NCBI GenBank assembly: GCA_048938105.1
Contig: JBHLMN010000010.1
Coordinates: forward strand, 96,001 to 160,000
Reading direction: 5' to 3'
DNA from: Promethearchaeota archaeon
GTDB taxonomy: Archaea > Asgardarchaeota > Heimdallarchaeia > Hodarchaeales > Hodarchaeaceae
Length of the DNA: 64,000 nt
Below, one piece after another: positions 45,244-55,916 of the stretch; positions within the stretch are counted from its first letter, which is position 1, and every line of letters starts with the position of its first letter. A program made the translations under genes and the position numbers. The notes under the pieces are model-generated. The model searched no databases. It was not told the origin of the DNA and saw nothing but the letters and a program-made list of their open reading frames with translations.

Positions 45244-46524
45244 TTACACTCTCTTCTGTTTCAGAATTAATAACCCGAAGACGAAAAAGATGATTACTAG
45301 GAGAAGGAGCCCTATTAAGATGTTTTCGCTCAGAATGGGGGTTAGAGTAAGAGCAGAAGTAAGAACAGAAGTAGGAGCAGCTCGGGGATGCTCATCTTGA
45401 TTGTTTGCATCGCCGTCAATAGGATAGGGATTGTCAACGATCCCATCACCCTCGGTATCGGGTTCCGTCCAATCATCCCAGTAGTTCTGGTCAAATGTAT
45501 TATTTCTCCCATCATCATTAGCTTGATGAGATGATACAAATAGATTATTACTCATGAAAGAGTTCCACGACACATTACAATATGAAGACTCTTCATCCAT
45601 TGAAATACCATATTCACTATTATTGGAGACTATATTGCTAAAAATGGTAATGTTATTAGACCCTACGAGCTCAAGCCCTTGCCCATTGTGGGAAACCGAA
45701 TTATTAGAAATTTTTACGTTATTAGACTCGTAGAGATAAATTCCTTCCCAATTATAGTAGACGATGTTGTTGGAAATAGTGACCTCCGTAGAATAACTAA
45801 TACGAATTCCTCCTTCATATCTATTGGTTATTATATTGTTATAAATAGCATTATTATTAGAATAATAAAGATTAATTCCTTCCCCGTTGTTGTTGGAAAC
45901 TAAGTTGTTAGAAATAACACCATTATTAGACCTACTAAAATGAATTCCATAGCCATTGTTGTTTGAGACGGTATTATTAGAAATGGTGCTATTATGTGAG
46001 TCCTCAAGAAAAATACCAAAGCCTAGAATCCAGTCCTTATTTATGTTTGATACATTATTGTTGGCAATTATGGTATTCCTTGAGTTCTGTAGTGTTATTC
46101 CACTAAGCAAATAATTAATCACAACGTTATTTTTAACGGTTCCATGTGTAACATTGTGTAACTCAATACCTGATTGAGCTGAAGATAAACCATTAAGAAA
46201 AATATGTTTAATACAAAAATGTGCACTTAAATTAAACATTCTGATTGAACTACCAATGGCCGTGATATTAAAGTCTTCAATGCGGTAAGGATCATCAATA
46301 GTACCCAAACCAGGGAATCCTTGGGATTCAAAATCATCATTCTTTGTAATTATAATGGACTCATGAGGTATGAACTGACGATCTTTTGGGGCAATAATCA
46401 TATGTTGAATAGATTGATCATCCAAGAATTGGTTATCAGGGATAATTGGAAGTACTTGGCCTAATCCATAGATAGATAGACAAAAGAAAATCATGACAAT
46501 GAGAACAGTATTACTAAATTTCAA
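45244..46524 (-). CDS. NosD/CASH right-handed beta-helix surface protein with C-terminal TM
   Basis: GLGTIDDPYRIE, repeated N(N)TISNN..SNN...GI, NYWDDW..D.EGDGIVDNPY, D.HP; N-terminal signal/TM; likely TTG start at 46524. Confidence 0.9.
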   Translation of the reverse strand: MKFSNTVLIVMIFFCLSIYGLGQVLPIIPDNQFLDDQSIQHMIIAPKDRQFIPHESIIITKNDDFESQGFPGLGTIDDPYRIEDFNITAIGSSIRMFNLSAHFCIKHIFLNGLSSAQSGIELHNVTHGTVKNNVVINYLLSGITLQNSRNTIIANNNVSNINKDWILGFGIFLEDSHNSTISNNTVSNNNGYGIHFSRSNNGVISNNLVSNNNGEGINLYYSNNNAIYNNIITNRYEGGIRISYSTEVTISNNIVYYNWEGIYLYESNNVKISNNSVSHNGQGLELVGSNNITIFSNIVSNNSEYGISMDEESSYCNVSWNSFMSNNLFVSSHQANDDGRNNTFDQNYWDDWTEPDTEGDGIVDNPYPIDGDANNQDEHPRAAPTSVLTSALTLTPILSENILIGLLLLVIIFFVFGLLILKQKRV

Positions 46525-46604
46525 AGTGGTTTCCTTTTTGATCCAAATCCTAAGGTTTATCTTAAAAATTTCCTTCAGATTAGTATGATCTCTTCTTTTC
46601 CCAA

Positions 46605-47273
46605 TCAATAATCTGATTGAATAAACTCAATGTTGTCAGCATCAATATTTGAGTCGATAAATTGCACATCCACTCGATCAGGCTGGTACATGGTACAAAT
46701 TACTAACTTTCTTGCTTCAATTGAGAGATTTTTGATTATAAAGACTTTTTTCATTCGGGTTGGTATTCTGAGTTTATTTAGGATTATATCTGGTAGTAAA
46801 AACCATTTTGTGAAGAACCCAAGGAATGAAATGGTGACAATAGGTGCGTTGATTACACCATTAATGCTAGGGCCTTTTTTCTTAGGATTAATTGGTAACC
46901 AGACCGATTCAGATGCATTAATATCCCTTTCAACCTTAATATCTCCCCAAAGCTCAATATTCTTCCCTTCAATTGAGTACACTTTTACTGATTTACCATT
47001 AAAACGAATTACCTTGCCTCGCACATTTCCTTTGATTTCACATGCTCCCTCCACGGTAATGTTTTCGGAGGAAATCATATCATTTCCTATTTTTAAAGAG
47101 TTATTGACGTAAATCGATCCCCTGGTGGTTACAAGATCTTCATTGACTGTTAGTGCTCTTTCAGATATGAGGGAAAATACTTGGATAGAGCCAAGTGCTG
47201 TGGTTACACCAGTTATATGAAGATCATCTTCTAAAATCAAGTCTTCTTTTAAAATTTGGGAGTGAAATTTCAT
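46605..47273 (-). CDS. Bactofilin-like (polymer-forming) beta-helix protein
   Basis: Repeats LHITGV, LTVNEDL, GSIYVNNSLKIGNDM, ITVEGACEIKGNVRGKVI, IELWGDIKVERDINASESV, INGVINA. Confidence 0.65.
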   Translation of the reverse strand: MKFHSQILKEDLILEDDLHITGVTTALGSIQVFSLISERALTVNEDLVTTRGSIYVNNSLKIGNDMISSENITVEGACEIKGNVRGKVIRFNGKSVKVYSIEGKNIELWGDIKVERDINASESVWLPINPKKKGPSINGVINAPIVTISFLGFFTKWFLLPDIILNKLRIPTRMKKVFIIKNLSIEARKLVICTMYQPDRVDVQFIDSNIDADNIEFIQSDY

Positions 47274-47809
47274 ATAGTTCAATTTCCATATTGATTGTCT
47301 ATTAATTTAAAATTTAGTCAGTGTGACAAAAACCTTGAATTTTTATACTTTTAGATTTTTTCTGTGTTGAAGAATAAAGGTATATTGAAATCAATTTCTC
47401 TATAAAATAATAGCTTCCTCTCTTAAACCATAAGTAAAGAAACAAACCATAGTCTTTTTCTCACTGTATTACTCGTATATACGTTGTTATTACAGTGGCA
47501 AATATCAGTGTATTATTGACAACCGAATCATGAAGGGGTTCTCCAATTCAACACCGATCCCATTTTCTCTAATCAATTGGGATTAATTTTTTTCTTTTAT
47601 TCATCAATCCCTTTCTTACATACAATTTTACGAGTTTCTCTTGCTCTATCACCCTCTTTTTTGTGATAGGCTTATACTCAGATCACTTTAAATTATAGTA
47701 ATTCATATATCAGAATAGCATTCCAGAGATTAGACTGAGTAATTCCATTCTGAGAGGATTTTATTTCCTAAATATCTTAATCATTTATTCTAAATGGAGA
47801 AATCTTAAG

Positions 47810-50800
47810 GTGGGTATGGTTAAAGAAGATACCAAGCTAGATTTTCAACTTATTGCTAACTTAAGCGTTGATGTGATATTTCAACTGGCTTTGAATGGTG
47901 ATATAACGTATTGTTCCCCATCAGTTGAACAAATGCTTGGTTACAGATCTGATGAAGTTATTGGTGCCAATTTTCGTAATTTTATGAATCCTACTGACAC
48001 TTCTAGTGCAGCAGAGGCCTTTCGACAATTAATCTCTGGTGAAATAATTGTCAACTTCGAGTTTCAGTTGTTACGCAAAGATAATTCACCTGTTCAGGTT
48101 GAGTTTAGTGCTGCGCCTGTTATCACTCAAGGAACAGTGGTCAGTATCCAAGGAATTTGTCGCGATATCTCTGAGCTCAAACAGGTAAAAGAGGAGACTC
48201 GTCAGAGCGAAGAACGCTTCTATGAATTTATTGAAGCGTCTCCCGATGGTATTGCAATAACAGACCTTGATGGAACAATCCTCATGGTTAACAATTACGG
48301 GGCAACGACACTTGGTTATGAAGACAAAGAAGAATTAATAGGGAAAAATGGATTTGACAACCTTATTCCAGAAGATAGAACCCGAGCACTTGAAAATGTA
48401 ACACATGTTTTAGAAGCTGGAAGACTTGATACAACAGAATATTCTCTTATTAAGAAAGATGGGTCAATTTTCTCGGTGGATATGACTGTGTCTACAATCA
48501 AAGATGCCGATGACAATCCAGTCAGCTTCATGGTTGTGATTCGAGATATCTCTGACCGCATAAAACTGCAAAAAGCAGTACAAGAAAGTGAGATCCACAC
48601 TCATCAAATCATCGAAAATATTCGAGATATCGTTTTTACTCTATCTCCTGAAGGATACATCACTTCTTTAAATCCTGCATTTGAGGAAATCACAGGATTA
48701 TCTCTAAATGAAGCTATTGGAAAACATTTTACTTCCATGATTCATCCTGATACTAGTTCCAGTGCTCTGAAAGCATTTAAATCGATTATACAAAATAAAT
48801 CGACTGGTACAAGTGAGGTTCTACTCAAAACTAAAGAAGATACTTATGCAATTATTGAAGGACGAGTAACTCCTCAATTTGATCAAGGAGAAATTGTTAG
48901 CTTTTTTGGTGTTGCTCGAGACATAACCAAACGTAAACAAGCTGAGGAAGCTCTTCGAGAAAATGAAGAAATGTTCCGATTATTATCTGAACAATCTTTT
49001 TTAGCTATTTGTTTGGTTCAGGACGATCGAATAAAGTATGTTAATCAAGCTTTTCTCGATTTTGTGAATCTTCCTTCAGAAGAAGTCCTGTCTTGGACGA
49101 GAAAAGAGTACTCACAATTTATTCACCCTGATGATCGACAAGTTACCCTAGAACAAGGACGTAAAAAGCAAATTGGTGAAAAAGAAGGAGTAATTCCTCA
49201 TTATTCTTTACGAATAATCACCCTATCTGGAGAAAGAAGGTGGATCGAAGTTTATTCGAAAACAATAGACTATAAAGGGAAACTGGCAAATTTCGTAACC
49301 TTTATTGACATTACTGAAAGAAAACGAATGGAAAAATCACTTCGAGAAAGCGAGGAACAATACCGTGATATTTTAGAGAATATTCGTGATGTTGTTTTCA
49401 CTCTCACGCCTGATATTACAATTTCATCAGTTTCACCAGAATTTGAAAAATTCACAGGGTATTTATGCGCCGAAAGGATTGGAAAAAGCTTCATGGAGAT
49501 TGTTCACCCTGATGACATTCATAGTACTACAATGGGATTTAAAGCAACACTTCATGGAGAAACTCCTCCTCCACACGAAACACGAATTATATCTAAATCT
49601 GGTGAGATTGTAACTTGTGAAATAAAAGCAACACCTCAGGTCAAAGATGGTGATATTGTCGGGTGTTTAGGTATTTGTCGAGACATCACTGAACGAAAAA
49701 AGGCCGAAGAGGAACTTATTAGAACCAAAAAACGACTTGAATATCTTCTTAAATCCTGTCCAGCAGTGATCTATTCTTGTACGCCAGATGGCCATTTTGA
49801 AACCACATTTATGAGTGAGAACATTGAGAAAATCCTCGGACATCAGGCTGATAATTTTGTTCACAAGCCAGAGTTCTGGGAAGAGAGTATTCATCCTGAA
49901 GACAGAGAACATGTTATTGCTGCATTTAGTGAAATAACTGAAAAAAGCTATTATAGTGATGAGTACCGATTCAAGCATAAAGATGGTTCCTACCACTGGA
50001 TGCTTGAAGAAGCCAATCTTATTCCTGATGATAATGGAAATCCCTTGGAAGTCGTTGGTTTTTGGACAGACATTACCGAGCGTAAAATTGTAGAAGAGAA
50101 ATTACGACAGAGCGAAAAACAGTATAGAACGCTATTCGAGAATACGCCCATTGGACTTTATCGCAGTACACCTGACAACAAATTTCTTACAGCGAATCCT
50201 AAATTTATCAAACAAGTTGGATTATCTTCTTTCAAAGAACTATGCACTATTAGTCCCAATGGGTTAGCAACCCAAAGGAATTATCCAAGGGATCGTTTTA
50301 TAAATGAAATTAATAAAAAAGGGGAAGTCAAGGGATTTGAATCCCAATTTATTAGACCAGATGGAACTTTCACCTACATCAGAGAGAATGCACGAGCAAT
50401 AACGGATTCAGATGGGTCAATTCTATACTATGAAGGGAGTGTGGAAGATATTACTGACCGGATTTTAGCAGAGAAAGCAGTTTGTGAAAGTGAAGAGAAA
50501 TTTAGATCAATTTTTGATAGTGCACCTATCGGGATGGCCCTTACAGATTTAGACTTTCAATTCACTAGGGTTAATAAAGCTATTACTGAAATGATGGGAT
50601 ATTCTGAAGAAGAACTTATAGAATCATCTCTTCCTGAGATTACACACCTCGAAGATCGAATAAACGATTTAAAATTCATTGAAGGTTTCGTTAATAATGA
50701 AAAACCTACCTATCAGACTAAAAAAAGATATCTTAAGAAAGATAGGAAACCTTTTTGGGCTCGTACGACTCTTTCCCATCTTTATAACGATAAAGGAGAA

Positions 50801-51541
50801 CCTATCAATTACCTTGCAATGATTGAAGATATTACTGCAAGTGTACAATTAGAAGAAGGTTGGAAACAGCAATTATTGAAATATGATGTCACTGGTGGAA
50901 ATATCTATCTAGTAACAGAAAATACTCCTGTGTTATCCCAGACTGTATTTAAAGATCTTATTGAGGTGGGATACAGAGGGTACATCATTTCTAGAGCTTT
51001 AGAAAAAGATTATCATATTCCCACGAAAGAAAATTACGTTTTTCATCACTTGAATGAGAAGATGGACAACGAGGCCCTCTTAAAGATTATAGAAGACACA
51101 CCAAACAAAAGTGTCATTTTAATTGATCGAATAGAATACTTATTCACAAATAGAGGGTTCGAGGAAACAATGCAACTTGTTTATAAATTATCTGAGACTG
51201 CATATCTGAAAACCTCGATTATTATAATATCTGTTGACAAGCTCACATTAACAGAACGACAAATGCACATTTTAAAGAAAGAAACCAAAGAAATCGAACT
51301 CCGCTCATTAGCAGCACTTTCTGAAGAAAATCTTGAGATCTTAAGATTAATCTATCAACAGAATAATTTAGGAAAAAAACCATCATATTCTGTCATTGGA
51401 AAGGAGTTAGAGATTAGTAGACCAACAGCTAGAAAAAGAATAAAGCATCTAGTAGCTACAGGATATTTAATTGAAAGAAGAAAGAGAAATAGTAAAGTTT
51501 TAGAATTAACTGAAAAAGGTAAGCTTCTATTCTTGAGATAA
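47810..51541 (+). CDS. Multi-PAS (8x) sensor fused to DUF835-like domain and C-terminal wHTH
   Basis: Eight PAS/PAC units ending RDIS/RDIT/DITE; SVILIDRIEYLFTNRGF (DUF835-like); IGKELEISRPTARKRIKHL...LELTEKG. Confidence 0.9.
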   Translation: MGMVKEDTKLDFQLIANLSVDVIFQLALNGDITYCSPSVEQMLGYRSDEVIGANFRNFMNPTDTSSAAEAFRQLISGEIIVNFEFQLLRKDNSPVQVEFSAAPVITQGTVVSIQGICRDISELKQVKEETRQSEERFYEFIEASPDGIAITDLDGTILMVNNYGATTLGYEDKEELIGKNGFDNLIPEDRTRALENVTHVLEAGRLDTTEYSLIKKDGSIFSVDMTVSTIKDADDNPVSFMVVIRDISDRIKLQKAVQESEIHTHQIIENIRDIVFTLSPEGYITSLNPAFEEITGLSLNEAIGKHFTSMIHPDTSSSALKAFKSIIQNKSTGTSEVLLKTKEDTYAIIEGRVTPQFDQGEIVSFFGVARDITKRKQAEEALRENEEMFRLLSEQSFLAICLVQDDRIKYVNQAFLDFVNLPSEEVLSWTRKEYSQFIHPDDRQVTLEQGRKKQIGEKEGVIPHYSLRIITLSGERRWIEVYSKTIDYKGKLANFVTFIDITERKRMEKSLRESEEQYRDILENIRDVVFTLTPDITISSVSPEFEKFTGYLCAERIGKSFMEIVHPDDIHSTTMGFKATLHGETPPPHETRIISKSGEIVTCEIKATPQVKDGDIVGCLGICRDITERKKAEEELIRTKKRLEYLLKSCPAVIYSCTPDGHFETTFMSENIEKILGHQADNFVHKPEFWEESIHPEDREHVIAAFSEITEKSYYSDEYRFKHKDGSYHWMLEEANLIPDDNGNPLEVVGFWTDITERKIVEEKLRQSEKQYRTLFENTPIGLYRSTPDNKFLTANPKFIKQVGLSSFKELCTISPNGLATQRNYPRDRFINEINKKGEVKGFESQFIRPDGTFTYIRENARAITDSDGSILYYEGSVEDITDRILAEKAVCESEEKFRSIFDSAPIGMALTDLDFQFTRVNKAITEMMGYSEEELIESSLPEITHLEDRINDLKFIEGFVNNEKPTYQTKKRYLKKDRKPFWARTTLSHLYNDKGEPINYLAMIEDITASVQLEEGWKQQLLKYDVTGGNIYLVTENTPVLSQTVFKDLIEVGYRGYIISRALEKDYHIPTKENYVFHHLNEKMDNEALLKIIEDTPNKSVILIDRIEYLFTNRGFEETMQLVYKLSETAYLKTSIIIISVDKLTLTERQMHILKKETKEIELRSLAALSEENLEILRLIYQQNNLGKKPSYSVIGKELEISRPTARKRIKHLVATGYLIERRKRNSKVLELTEKGKLLFLR

Positions 51542-51576
51542 ATCTTCTTTTATCCGCATTAGTTTGAAATAAGACA

Positions 51577-52194
51577 TTACTCAATAGGTTGACGAATAAT
51601 AGTTCTGAGTCTCTCAGGTTTCGTTCTTCGAGGATCAGAGAGGTATATTTCATGATGTTTTCCTCTCAAGCTGTGTCCCTGATCCTTAATATAATTATGC
51701 ATCCGTTCGATGGTGGGGCCTTCTTCATAATATGGCCCAAAGTACAGGATTTGAGCAGATAATCCTTCAATATAGGTTTCAAACCGAACTCTTGATAGAG
51801 AGGGAGGATTTTTCTTCTTTTGTACTTCCTCAATTGCCTCGTCCACCATGTCTTGTGTGATAAAATCAGGCTGCATAATCATGGAGGTCCATAACCATTC
51901 ATCTTTCCTTTCCATGAATGATTCTGTAAAAATCTCCATATCCTTAGCCCACCATAGACCCTCAAGGGGCATAACGACGTAATCTTTTCCTGTTTTCTTT
52001 ACTATAAATTTCAATGTATATGAAAGGGGGTACAAGGTCATCATGGCATCTTGATATTCTTGGGATGTACCAGGATACCCCTGCCCATCTATCATGAGAA
52101 AATTCAATGGAGGGACATCCACAATTGAAAATTCTTTTGCTGACACTCCCGAGTAAAAATCTTTCAGTTCTTTTTTGAAATCTATTTTTTTCAT
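51577..52194 (-). CDS. GyrI-like small-molecule-binding protein
   Basis: KIDFKKELK, FLMIDGQG, LYPLSYTLKF, YVVMPLEGLWW, W.WTSMIMQP, GPY..EG, HHEIYLSDPRR, LRTIIRQP. Confidence 0.92.
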   Translation of the reverse strand: MKKIDFKKELKDFYSGVSAKEFSIVDVPPLNFLMIDGQGYPGTSQEYQDAMMTLYPLSYTLKFIVKKTGKDYVVMPLEGLWWAKDMEIFTESFMERKDEWLWTSMIMQPDFITQDMVDEAIEEVQKKKNPPSLSRVRFETYIEGLSAQILYFGPYYEEGPTIERMHNYIKDQGHSLRGKHHEIYLSDPRRTKPERLRTIIRQPIE

Positions 52195-52419
52195 ATTCTT
52201 CATAACTCCTTTCATGGATAAAGTCTCGTTTCATCCCAAAAAGTATTCTTTTATATTTTGATAGTGAGTGAAGGAGGGAAACAGAAATCTGTAATTATAT
52301 TTAAAACACGCAAGTATCTGATTAAAGTTGATAAGGAAACAAAAATCATTCTCAATTATGCAGTTTATAAATACAGAACAATCCATTTAAAAGCTAGAGT
52401 CCTCTGTTGGAAAATCCAG

Positions 52420-54168
52420 ATGAAAAAAGATAATTCTATAGATGATGCATTACCCACTTCTGGCCATTTACCGATGTATGTCATGCACAAATTCTTTGCA
52501 CGAAAACAGGAGGATGTCATCAGAGAATATATTCAAACTTATTCAAACAAAGGAGACATTGTCCTCGATCCTTTTTGTGGGAGTGGTGTAATGATTGGGG
52601 AGGCTTTGAGATTGGAACGGAAAACGATAGGAGTAGATATCAACCCTGTTTCAATATTCATTACAAGAAATACAATAAGATACGTTTCAAACATTGAACA
52701 GATTATTAAAGAATTCAATCATATTAAAATCGGAGTGAAAAATGATATCAACAAGTTATATCAGACTACTTGTCGTAAATGCGGAGAACAAGTATATGCA
52801 ATTTGTTTCACCTGGAAGAAGAATAATATAGTAGATGTCCGTTATGAATGTCCGCACCATGGCAAAATAATTAGTCAGGTGAATGAAGAGGACTTAAGCC
52901 TCTTGAAAAAGATCGAAAAGGGTACGATACCCGAATATTTTGATGAGAACGGCGAATGTCGATATTGGTATCCTACAAATAAGCTCTACTATCGGGATGG
53001 AACACCCTTTTTGAAAAAAGAGCGATTTAACTCTATTGATGAAATGTTCAGCAAAAGAAACCTCATATCTTTGGCAAAATTATATGATAGAATCAAAAAA
53101 ATAGATGATTTAGAGCTACAAGAGGCATTTAAATTTGCATTTTCATCAATGACACATTTAGCCTCGAAAATGACTCCTGTGCGGCCATCTCGCCCATTTA
53201 GTTCAGCTTGGGTTCAACAAAGTTACTGGTATTGCCAACACAATATGGAATCAAACGTTTGGATCCTTTTTGAACGAGCGATAATAGGACGACAAGGCTT
53301 GATAAAGGCCAAAAAAAGCATGTCAGAAGTTTTCAAGGATAAGAAAGAAGCTACTTGCTTTGACCAATTGGTGAATGAAAATGATTTTAATTATATATTA
53401 TTAGAATCATCAATTAATACTTTGGAAGGAATCAAAGAAAATAGTATAGATTGTGTGATAACTGATCCCCCTTATGGCCCTTCGATCCAGTATGGAGAAT
53501 TACTCTATCTGTGGGGATGTTGGCTAGAATTAATGGATAATTTTGACAAAATTATTGAAGAAGAGATCATCAAGAACCCTCATCAAAATAAAGGCGATAG
53601 AGAATATGAAAAAATGCTGAGACAGGCATTCAGAAAAATATATTATGTGTTAAAACCTGAGGGATATTTTATTATTACATTCCATAGTCCTAGCTTAAAA
53701 TATCGGAATATTCTTGTTAGATCAGTATTGTTAGCGGGATTTGAGTTTGAAAAAATAGTCTATCAACCTCCACCTAGGGCCTCAGCAAAGAGTCTTCTCC
53801 AACCATTTGGTTCACAACGAGGAGATTACTTCTTTAGATTCAAAAAGCCAAAAGAGAGAATAGAGAAATCTTACGAAGCAATTGAAGTAAATAAAGTTGA
53901 AGAATTAATTGTAAACATCACCAGAGAGATAATAATGGAGAGAGGTGAACCAACTCACTATACAGATATCCAAAATTCGTTAGACCCAATTCTCTATGAA
54001 GAACTGAAAAAAGCACATCTTTTGATGGATTTTAATCCTGAGAGTGTTGAAAGAATTTTAAAACGGTATGTTGGGAAAGTATTTGAATTAGTAGATATGG
54101 AAATAAGACTTCTAGGGAAAAAACCACTCCAAGGAACAGGATGGTGGTTGAGTAATGCTAAGCACTAA
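52420..54168 (+). CDS. Adenine/N4-cytosine DNA methyltransferase with Zn-ribbon insert (no adjacent nuclease)
   Basis: MHKFFARK, VLDPFCGSG (motif I), CRKCG..CPHH, ITDPPYG (motif IV), VLKPEGYF..TF; likely ATG start at 52420. Confidence 0.9.
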   Translation: MKKDNSIDDALPTSGHLPMYVMHKFFARKQEDVIREYIQTYSNKGDIVLDPFCGSGVMIGEALRLERKTIGVDINPVSIFITRNTIRYVSNIEQIIKEFNHIKIGVKNDINKLYQTTCRKCGEQVYAICFTWKKNNIVDVRYECPHHGKIISQVNEEDLSLLKKIEKGTIPEYFDENGECRYWYPTNKLYYRDGTPFLKKERFNSIDEMFSKRNLISLAKLYDRIKKIDDLELQEAFKFAFSSMTHLASKMTPVRPSRPFSSAWVQQSYWYCQHNMESNVWILFERAIIGRQGLIKAKKSMSEVFKDKKEATCFDQLVNENDFNYILLESSINTLEGIKENSIDCVITDPPYGPSIQYGELLYLWGCWLELMDNFDKIIEEEIIKNPHQNKGDREYEKMLRQAFRKIYYVLKPEGYFIITFHSPSLKYRNILVRSVLLAGFEFEKIVYQPPPRASAKSLLQPFGSQRGDYFFRFKKPKERIEKSYEAIEVNKVEELIVNITREIIMERGEPTHYTDIQNSLDPILYEELKKAHLLMDFNPESVERILKRYVGKVFELVDMEIRLLGKKPLQGTGWWLSNAKH

Positions 54169-54288
54169 CAATGATTAAGACTAATTTTTGTTTCACTTTC
54201 CTCCCTAAGCTAGACAAGAATTTGTCTTAAACCGTCATTTTCGGTTATCTAGCCGAAATGTTTTTATAAGTGGGATCCTCGTAATTTC

Positions 54289-55743
54289 TTGAATAAGGGG
54301 GTTCTTTTGAGCCAGATTGCAGATCAAATTATCCAGCTGATTGTCCAGCAGACTGGTCTCTCTCGGGAACAAATCTTAGCTAGCGTGCAGCTACTTCAAC
54401 GTTCACTACAACCTCACATTAAAGAATTCGACAATTATAATGATCCTACTTTTCCCCAGTTGCTCGCTCAAGAGCTGAATGTTGATTTAGGCGATCCTAC
54501 AAATTATCTCTACGTAGAACTGCTCTTCGACGAAGCTCCGCTCATAGTTCGAGTTATCCCCTTTACCACCGTTAATAAAGATAAGATTAAGGCGACTTTG
54601 CGTGCAATGATTTTAGAGTGTGAACCACTGATCAGGGATAAGTTTAAATTGTCGGAGAACCAACAAATCACTCTGACTGATGAGTTATCGTTCATGTGTG
54701 GTCCTTATGCGCATCCAGAACAAGGTCAGCTTTATGTTCAGGACGGGACTGAGTTCTCTTTTCGAGCTTACGAATCTTGGGCAAATTTCGATGGAGAGTT
54801 TGATCATATCCGAGTTCTGGAAGATTTTATCGACCACGCAGAGCTGTATCGTACTTTTATTGATTACCAGATTGTGCGCACCGCTGATCCCACGAAGACT
54901 TTCATCCCCTATTCGTTGTTAAACAAGGTGATGAATTTTCCCCCTGATTGGGCAGCTTTTGATCCAGAGAATCGTTTTAGTTCTTTAGAGTTTCCATATA
55001 TTACCCTCGAGTCTTTTCGAGCTACCCCCGACTTAAAATCCCTTTTGATAAACAATCCTCGAGTTAAAGAGATCATTGGAGTGGAGGCGCTCCACAATTC
55101 CCCCCTACTCTCCATTATCTCAATTTTCCAGAAGTCTATTTCGTTAGAGGTTCTAAATTTTCCACCTTTTCTCTCGTTGCCTAACCTTGAGCTTATCCAC
55201 CTCCAATTTGACTCCAAACTGCGAAATGATTTTTTTGATCTCTCATTTTTGTACAATTGTCCCAAACTTCGACAGATTGAGTTCTATATCAATCATTCTC
55301 CTTCCTTTAAGCAACTCCTCCTTCCTCCATTGAATCATCACTCTCATTTAGAGGAGATCCGCATTGGTTCTCATTCGGAATCCGTTGTCCTCTCTCCCCC
55401 GTGGGATTGTCCCAACCTCAAAATTTTGGAAATTTGCACAAGACTAATTGAGACTCTGGATCTTACACCACTAAGCCACTGTCCCAAGTTACAAGAACTA
55501 GATCTTTCTTGTAATCGCTTTGTCACACTGAATCTCTCCCCACTACGCCATTGTCAAAAGCTACAGAAATTAAATCTCTCCTCTAACTGCCTGACATCAT
55601 TAGATTTAACCCCTCTCGAGAATCACTCTTCCTTAGAAGTAATCAATCTCAAACGTAACAAACTAGAACACATTGACCTCTCCCCATTAGAGAACTCCCC
55701 CAGAACCCAAATCAACCTCCAGAACAATCCAATTACACTCTAA
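54289..55743 (+). CDS. Leucine-rich repeat protein with N-terminal helical domain
   Basis: C-terminal repeats LDLTPLSHCPKLQELDLSCNRF / LNLSPLRHCQKLQKLNLSSNCL / LDLTPLENHSSLEVINLKRNKL. Confidence 0.88.
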   Translation: MNKGVLLSQIADQIIQLIVQQTGLSREQILASVQLLQRSLQPHIKEFDNYNDPTFPQLLAQELNVDLGDPTNYLYVELLFDEAPLIVRVIPFTTVNKDKIKATLRAMILECEPLIRDKFKLSENQQITLTDELSFMCGPYAHPEQGQLYVQDGTEFSFRAYESWANFDGEFDHIRVLEDFIDHAELYRTFIDYQIVRTADPTKTFIPYSLLNKVMNFPPDWAAFDPENRFSSLEFPYITLESFRATPDLKSLLINNPRVKEIIGVEALHNSPLLSIISIFQKSISLEVLNFPPFLSLPNLELIHLQFDSKLRNDFFDLSFLYNCPKLRQIEFYINHSPSFKQLLLPPLNHHSHLEEIRIGSHSESVVLSPPWDCPNLKILEICTRLIETLDLTPLSHCPKLQELDLSCNRFVTLNLSPLRHCQKLQKLNLSSNCLTSLDLTPLENHSSLEVINLKRNKLEHIDLSPLENSPRTQINLQNNPITL

Positions 55744-55916
55744 CTCTAAGTAGAATGATATTATTACCTGTTGTTTTGCTTAAGTAAAACCTGCTATAAT
55801 TCTTTTTTGCTTTATAGATAACTACTTCTTTAAAAGGAGTATATAAAGAAGCGAATATTTATATACTTGATTATTTTATGTCTTTATTAGCTCACGACTA
55901 TTGGAGAGTTGTGTTT

